Assembly: GCA_951406725.2 (NCBI GenBank)
Contig: OX597824.1
Coordinates: 63,364,001-63,428,000, forward strand
From: Octopus vulgaris
Taxonomy: Eukaryota
Direction: 5' to 3'
DNA: 64,000 nucleotides
A program made the position numbers and the translations under genes. The notes under the pieces were generated by a model. That model was not told the origin of the DNA. It saw only the letters and a program-made list of their open reading frames with translations, and ran no database searches. This document shows positions 56,546 through 64,000 of this stretch, one piece after another (the first letter of the stretch is position 1; every line of letters starts with the position of its first letter).

Positions 56546-56808
56546 TCATTACTAATATCATTGTTGTGGTTGTTGTTGTTGTTGTTGTTGTTATTATTAT
56601 TATTATTACTGATGTTGTTGCTGTTATCACGAACGTGGTAGAATGGCAAACTCATGAGAGTATCAGACAAAATGCTTTGTTGTTGCCCTTCTGGCTTTTT
56701 ACCTGTTGAGGAGTTCAAATCCCACCGAAGTTAGCTTTATATTTTATTCTTCTACTATGATGCAATAAAGTACTCTAACGTACAGTAGACCGATCTATAC
56801 AAGTAGCC

Positions 56809-56975
56809 CAATGGTTCCCAATTACTTTTTTGCTTTTGGACCCCTTTCATTCTTATTTTACTCTACCGGACCTTCAAAACCTTCTAATGTTTTTTTAAAA
56901 AATCCTATTATATTTTTACAATTATCATCAGGAATTTATTTGAAAAGCGTTAACATATTTTGTTGTAGTGTAGAA

Positions 56976-57007
<32 letters not shown>

Positions 57008-57241
57008 CGACGGGCTTCTTTCGGTTTCTGTATACCAAATCCACCCACGAGGCTTTGGTCGGCTCGTAGCTATAGTAGAAGACACTTGCTCAAGGTGCCA
57101 CGCAATGGGAATGAACCCAGAACCACGTTGTTGGTAAGCAAGCTACTTACCACACAGCCACGCCTGCGCATAAATTCTAAGAATAAAATCTCATATGTCC
57201 CACCACCCAAGGATCATGTGAAGTCTTGTTGAGAACCACTG
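56809..57241. mobile_element. hAT/Charlie-like MITE interrupted by a SINE
   Basis: TIRs CAATGGTTCCCAA / TTGAGAACCACTG; no recognisable 8-bp TSD. Confidence 0.55.
57005..57170 (-). mobile_element. SINE family A, 5' half
   Basis: tacgacgggcttctttcggtttc...cttaccacacagccacgcctgcgc is the reverse complement of the family A head. Confidence 0.85.
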
Positions 57242-59064
57242 AACTAAATATTTCAAGCTGTGTGTCTCTACTGAAAACAAATGTTATTGCTTTGCGACAA
57301 TGAAAATATGAAATATAAGGTATCGATCATGTTGTCATACTCAGGCTATACCTCTGACTAAAATCAATATTGTAATACAGCAACGTTAGCCGAGGCTACA
57401 CATAGTATGTCATGTCTGCTGTACAAGGAAGATTATTTTAAAAGCCGCTTACGTTAGCAGACGACAATTATGCATCCACAATATAGTCATTAATTATATC
57501 TTGAGTGTTTCATTAAATTTCTATGACGAGTTGAAGTCTTCTGCACCCACACTCAACTCATTTATTTTAGACAATTTCATCATTTCCATGCTGAAATGAA
57601 TCTCTTAATATCTCTGTATGACTCTTTACAATGTCATCTGTAAGCTTCACCGCAATTACATATGACTGTTACGTTCAAGTTATAAATCTAATGTCTTTTA
57701 AGGCCAGCAGTATTTCTAATGAAGCCTTATATATATTACATTAGGTGACGTGTTAAGCTGTTGATTTTATATCAAACGAATAAACAAAAAGAAGAAAAGA
57801 AAAAATATGAAAAAGAATTACAAAAACCTTCTGGTACACACTCTGCTCGAAAATCAAATAGTAAGGTTGTTATTAACATAGTATAGGGTGTTAAGAAATG
57901 TTAGTTATTTAAAATTACACCACTGATAAGGCGCAAAATATTTCATTAGATTAATAATCGCTACTAGTGAAGAAAAGTTGATAAAACAATGTCGAATCTT
58001 TAATGAATCAAAATTAATAAAATATGGAATGTGAACTATTCATTAAAGGGTGAGTCCTAATTTGATAATGTGGTGGTAACTCAACACATGTTTCAGTGTT
58101 ATAAGACTTCATCATCAAATATTGTCTTTAACAGTGCTACCAGAGAGATTAAATTATTCCCGCTTGCTACTTGTAAATTCTAAAATAGTTCTGAGAAAAC
58201 TATTTGACGAATGGCGTCATAATTAGATTTTATATTCATTATCTCATAATAACCTGTATACTTTGCATACATTCATAAACAAACAAAAGAAAACTAAAGG
58301 ATTAAAAAAACATAATTGCATTAATACAAATTAACTTCCGCTATATGCACTTGGAATCTGGTTAGAATGTAATTCTCATAATGATTCTAAAGAGATAAAG
58401 ACGAAATTTAAACTTCCTGCTCCAACTGTCAAGTAAACAATTTGCGATCTTTTGGCTTAATGCTTAAATTCTTCGGATACTTGTATTATTTCACGGAAGA
58501 AGCAAATAAGACAAAACATTCACCGACCAAAGTATACCCCCCCACCGCCCCGATGAAAAATAAGAATACAATAGTATTAACAGTTATTTCTGACATCAAA
58601 TATATTCATTCTCCTAGACGTATTATCTTTTATTTCAAAGATTCTTGCATTCAAAGACTATTTATTAGATTGTGATATCATAAAATATACTTTTATTTCA
58701 CTTCTGAGGCTTCTTCGTCCCCATTTTTATTTTCATTGTGCAGTGATGTTGTTTCTTTTATCCATTACTCTCCCTCTGCCCTCCCTCCCTCTCCCTTCCC
58801 CTCTCTCTCTTTCTAGATTTTAGATTGTTAAATGCCAATTCATGAATAGCACTTTTTGAATACAAAATTCTTTCTCGCTTCAGTGTTTAAGGAAACAATG
58901 TCCAATTGTTTCCTTAAAAACTCCTGCCTTCCAGCACTGGTTCGAATATAAGCTTCTAAATGTGATATGGTCTACATAAAATTCAAAAATATAGGGCAAG
59001 TATGAAAACTAAAGTCTTATTACGAGTAAGAAAAGTTTATTGCATACACATACTGACACCAATA

Positions 59065-59153
<89 letters not shown>

Positions 59154-59211
59154 CATCAACAACAACAACAACAATAACAACAACAACAATAACAATAATA
59201 ATAATAATAAC

Positions 59212-59243
<32 letters not shown>

Positions 59244-59245
<2 letters not shown>

Positions 59246-60215
59246 GATTCCATTTATTTGCTACAAGGGCGAAGCATGAGAAGGACAATACAGAGACAAA
59301 TATAAAGTGTGGGGGTTTACATATAATAATGAAATGATAAAAAAATATATACACAGTATACAGTGGAAAAGAAGAGACATATGCATAGAATATAAAGGTA
59401 GAAAAATTGGGGGAGGATGATAGAGATGTAACCCTCCTGATAGAGGAAAGCCTCTAGGGATAATCGAAGAACCACCCCCTGCCTAAGATTTCCCTGAAAC
59501 CCTAGGAGCAAGTGCCCTCTCCAATTCCTTTTCTCCGACTCAAAGGTCTACACTTAGAGCGGTACCATACACACTTGCCATTTTCGCAAGTTTCACCCAC
59601 CTTTCAGTGAACTCACTCGAGGACAGCACTTTCCTCTCCACTCTCAATTTCCTTTTTAAGTGACACTTGAGAGCCCTACCAAAGAAGAATGTATCAGTCC
59701 TCACACATTTCAGCCTTGTCCACCAAACAAGCTCTTTCGTCACAGCCACCAAGCAATGGAAAACTGCCTTGCCTACCCGATAGATGGAGGACGGTGGTGC
59801 AACCATCACTACAGACTCAGCTGACAGATGGATCTGTCACACACGTGACAGCAGCTGTTCAACACAACCCCACAAGTCAGCAATACCCGGACTCAGAACG
59901 AAGTTATACAGGACGGTTTCGTTACTCTGCGCACACCTCACACAAGTCCCCCTGACAGCACATATGTGCCTGCAGATTTTATCTCGGACTGGTACCGCCT
60001 GCGTCCCCTCCCTGATAGCACTACCACGCCAAGGACGTTTGGAAATTATCCGTGATAATTCGCAACCGGAAAGTCCTCCGGAACAGACAGACTAGGCAGT
60101 TCGTTCTCGCCGGCGCCCAGAACCTCCCTGAGAATGTCGTCACACTTCCCCGCCACTAATCCTCTATAAATTTCTAAAGCGGAGCATCCACCGATCCCAT
60201 TGCCTGACTAATAGA
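59244..60215 (-). mobile_element. 3' end of a Tx1-like LINE (ORF2 C-terminus, 3' UTR, AATAAA, (ATT)n tail)
   Basis: C-terminus AVTKELVWWTRLK...LKRKLRVERKVLSSSEFTERW...L* (stop at ~59540); decayed zf-RVT-like region upstream; AATAAA at 59253-59258 (-) directly before the 59064-59243 microsatellite. Confidence 0.75.
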
Positions 60216-60217
60216 GG

Positions 60218-60400
60218 GTTGTGTTGGTGTGTTTAAGTGCGCGTAACATTAGCGGTTCTGCAAAAAAGACCGAGAGGATAAGTACTAGGCTCAAGAGACA
60301 AGTCCTGAGATCGATTCATTCGACTAAAACAATTCTACCGGTGCTCCAGCATGGCTGCAGTCAAATGACTGAAACAAGTAAAAGAGTAAAAGACTAAAAG
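60218..60400 (+). mobile_element. SINE family A, 3' half
   Basis: tagcggttc...ataagtactaggc...gctccagcatggctgcagtcaaatgactgaaacaagtaaaagagtaaaag. Confidence 0.85.
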
Positions 60401-62834
60401 AATATTACGAAATGAATGTGTATGGTGGAGGTAACCTTCTTTATGTTTACCCCCCCCCCTCACACACACACCACACCATACACATTCATTTTCTTTTGGC
60501 ACAGATTTAAAGTTTAGTTTGATTTGGAGGATACGCCATATATTTCATATGCCTTAATAATTATTCTGAGGGATATAAATTTTCAGGAATATTCCAAACA
60601 AAAACGGTGTTATTTTCCCCGTCATTAATCTTTATTTTTCCCGTCGTTAAACAGTGAATTTCCTATCAAAAATTTGCATGAAATATGCTATTCTACACAC
60701 ATACACAAAAAAAAACCACACACATATATAATACATTACTCGAATGCTTATTTAGTTTACTAAACACGGTGCATGCTAACAGAATCAAGAACCTAACAAA
60801 ATAGTTAGCTGTGTAATATTTTGTCTCAGTTTGTAATTATTGTACTAATTATAAGTTCCTCTATGAGGCGGACGAATGCACGCACATTTTTGACTAACAA
60901 TCGACATTACAACTTCTGTTCAACTCTTCCTTTTTCCTTTAACCAATCAAGCATCACTTAATTTCCTTTCCAAAGCAGCAGCTGGTCCCGTACCACCCCC
61001 ATCTAAATTCCAGTCCTATTCATTCATTCTTCTGTTCGTCTTCCCTTCATAATCTGCATTGTGTCTTCCACTCCCAGGTTTCTAACTGACCATACTTTCT
61101 TGCATGAGACTCCTAGAATATCCTTCTCTAACGATGCCCTTTCAGTAGATTCAACTTGTAGTTCAATTTGAGCATTAAATATATGCATAGTATCGGTCCG
61201 ATGCGTTAAGGAGGAAATGTAGACGAAAATCCATGATCTGTCTTGTTAAAGTGTCGACTTTAGGTTTTCAAATCAAAATAATATTTATCCTCATATAAAG
61301 GAAGTAGTTGCATGTCTGTCATGTGGCAAGGCATGCCATGATGTGTCTGATCTGGTAGTACCAATTCGTCACAGTCAGAATGCCTGGGAATTTTATAGGC
61401 ACAGCCTCTTCTTACAGATCAAATCGTTAAAAATATATCGCGCTTAAAAGAGAGAGCAGAATTGAGAACATAATCACCATCAACTAACACATTATACCAC
61501 AGTGGAAGGCAACGTCAAGTTTATTTTATGAGGATATTATATAAACATTTTCTTCGTTTCTGCTTAAAGTATTTGACCAGTTTGTTTATATTTGTAAATA
61601 TATTTCCAAACATTCTCCATAATTTTAATTTTAGAAATTGCAATGCTTTTGAGGTCAGAGGTCACAGTCAGCAATTCTGCGTGTTGTTAATACTGGTTGA
61701 TGCTAATTTTACTCACTTATGTACACAGGCTCACTCTTATAGACTTATTGCACGTAGAAGTAATAGAGAAAAATTTTATCTGCTGAGAAAACGGCAGTGT
61801 ATGAATGCATATCAACGCCTTACAACGTTGTTGCTGTTTCTGTTGTCATTGTTGCCGTTGTTGGTGTATAGCTAACTCCATGTTAGTCTTGATTCAATAG
61901 ACACGTGATCAATGTTATTCCTATTCCAACCATGACTGTCCTGTTTTTAAGCTTATTCGTGCTTAAGAAAGTAACGTGTCATTTATGTGTTACTAGCAAC
62001 CAAATGTTTGGAACCATGGGTTACTGCTCATCTAACTTTTGGGTACTTAATGCAAGAAGATTGCAGGATTTAATCTATCGACTTAGATTTAGTCCTTATG
62101 AATAATGTGACCATCAATTCGAATAAGAATTCCGCCTTAAGCTACGTTATAAAGCTTACAGTATTTTTTGAGGCTTTACGGAGTTTCTCTACACAGTAAT
62201 TAATGCACCAAGAGAAACAAAACTCTAAAAATGATGATTTATACATTCAGCATTCACAGAATATAGAAGGCTTGTCACTGAGTTTTCAGTGCTTTAGTAT
62301 GATTCTAATATTAATCAACGTGTGTTCGTCCTTTTCTCGCTTCCTATCTTTCACTCGATTTATCTTTCCTTCTATCTATAATTATTTTTCTATCTACGTG
62401 TCTAGCTTTATTCCCCTACGGTCATTTCTCTCTCTCTCCCACCATTTGTCAGTCTCTCTACCCACTAATACACTTTCCGTATTTTCCCCTCTCACAAGAC
62501 ACCTCTTGATCTTCCTGTTTTCTTATGCAACCCTTACTGACACAGGCTTTAAACAAAATATTAGTATTGAATAAGCAAGAAGAAAGCACACACTATTCAT
62601 ATTAATAAATGCGTAAGAAAAACATTGAAAATTGAACGGCTTATAGCACACACAAATAGCAAATGGCGTTGTAAAGATATTCGAATATGTTTATTATTCA
62701 TGTGTTCGTACATACGCATAAACAGTAGTCCTGTCATGAACACTTCAGTCTGACCGGTATAACAGAAGTTGCTGTATACCTTTGCACATGTGTTACCACC
62801 GGAAATACATAATAAACATGCATCTTATTGAAAT

Positions 62835-62884
<50 letters not shown>

Positions 62885-63292
62885 AAATCAAATATATATG
62901 TATATATATATATCATGGCCCGTAAATATTCGGCGTAATCTTACTATCAAAGTGGATTTTTGAACCCAATATTTGCATGCTTTTATTTATAGCTTATATG
63001 CACTTCGCAAAACAATTCTAAAAAGGAATCCCTACAAGTTCTCTCGAAAGTTTAAACATTGTTATGACGTCAATATTATGCACACGCGTGCGACACATAT
63101 ATACATATATGTATATGTGAATATATATATATGCATATATATATGCATATATATACACACACGCACGCACACGCATATACATATACCTATATGTATATAT
63201 GGAAAAATATATATATAAGTATATATATATATATATGTATATACGTATATATACATATACACACACATACATACATAAATATATACATACGT

Positions 63293-63367
<75 letters not shown>

Positions 63368-64000
63368 CTACCAGAGTATGGACCAGTTAGTATACATATA
63401 ACTGTATTTTTCCCAAAACCTCAGAAAATAATGTACAACGCAAAACACTTTACCCAAGCCTTCTTAAAAGCTTCTGTGAATGAAGGAACCATTTCATTTT
63501 CCTAATTTATTTTCTTCAATATTCTTAATATTTTCCCTCATCACTTTCTAAAGTAGATTTTTTGCTGAAAGTTTATAACTATTAAGTTGAGAAGTATCCT
63601 TGTAGTTTAAAGAGATATTGGCGTCTATTGCAAATTCTAAATGTCCATCGTTACCGGCTTGCTGCTAAAGCATTATGACTAAAAAGGCGGTTTCTTAGTT
63701 GTTTTTTTATTTTCTGTCATAACTATTCATCAATGTTCGTAGGAATCTTGATTGTGGTCGATAGATATTCTTGCTAGTCTGGGCGAAATGGAAAACAGGA
63801 ACAACAAATTCAGAACATAGATGTAAAATGCCTCTGGAGCATAAACACATTTTGGTAAGTATTTAAGTCTCTGAAACACACTATCAACCGATCTTAATCG
63901 TAGTTATATAACACATTAAATTTATATATACATGAAATATGTACATAACAAACCACATTTTCAAAAGCTTCAGAACTGATTTCATTTGGGAAGACAAAAT

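Noticed and set aside
52280-60215. A single full-length Tx1 element spanning both fragments
   Set aside because: On the minus strand the 3' piece lies upstream of the ORF1/APE piece, so they must be separate insertions
60970-61140. Purine-rich minus-strand stretch (ILGVS...GVEDTMQIMKGRR)
   Set aside because: Only faint RTE-like similarity; not supportable without a profile search
63778-63860. Possible exon ending in a perfect G|GTAAGT donor
   Set aside because: The peptide YSC*SG...QIQNIDVKCLWSI looks more like a decayed RTE remnant, and the stronger upstream acceptor gives stops in all frames

Overview
AT-rich, microsatellite-saturated eukaryotic non-coding DNA (intergenic or a very large intron). 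The repeat families point to a coleoid cephalopod, most likely Octopus; this is inferred from remembered repeat families, not from a database search. No host protein-coding gene can be supported, and nearly all ORFs in the track are translations of (TA)n/(CA)n/(TAGA)n/(AAT)n repeats. The window holds dozens of copies of at least three tRNA-derived SINE families; 5'-truncated or decayed LINE fragments (CR1, RTE with a 13-bp TSD, Tx1-like, R4/Dong-like, CR1/Zenon-like); internally deleted Tc1/mariner elements and MITEs; and three non-autonomous Helitrons. The most interesting signal is a set of minimal hammerhead ribozyme motifs in short non-coding elements embedded in simple repeats, probably derived from Penelope-like elements. 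One intact type I hammerhead sits in the loop of a perfect 87-bp inverted repeat (10141-10366). A second carries a compensatory U3-A8 core pair and abuts a ~270-bp inverted repeat (12544-13236). Several more degenerate or permuted cores are present. Boundaries of decayed repeats are approximate.
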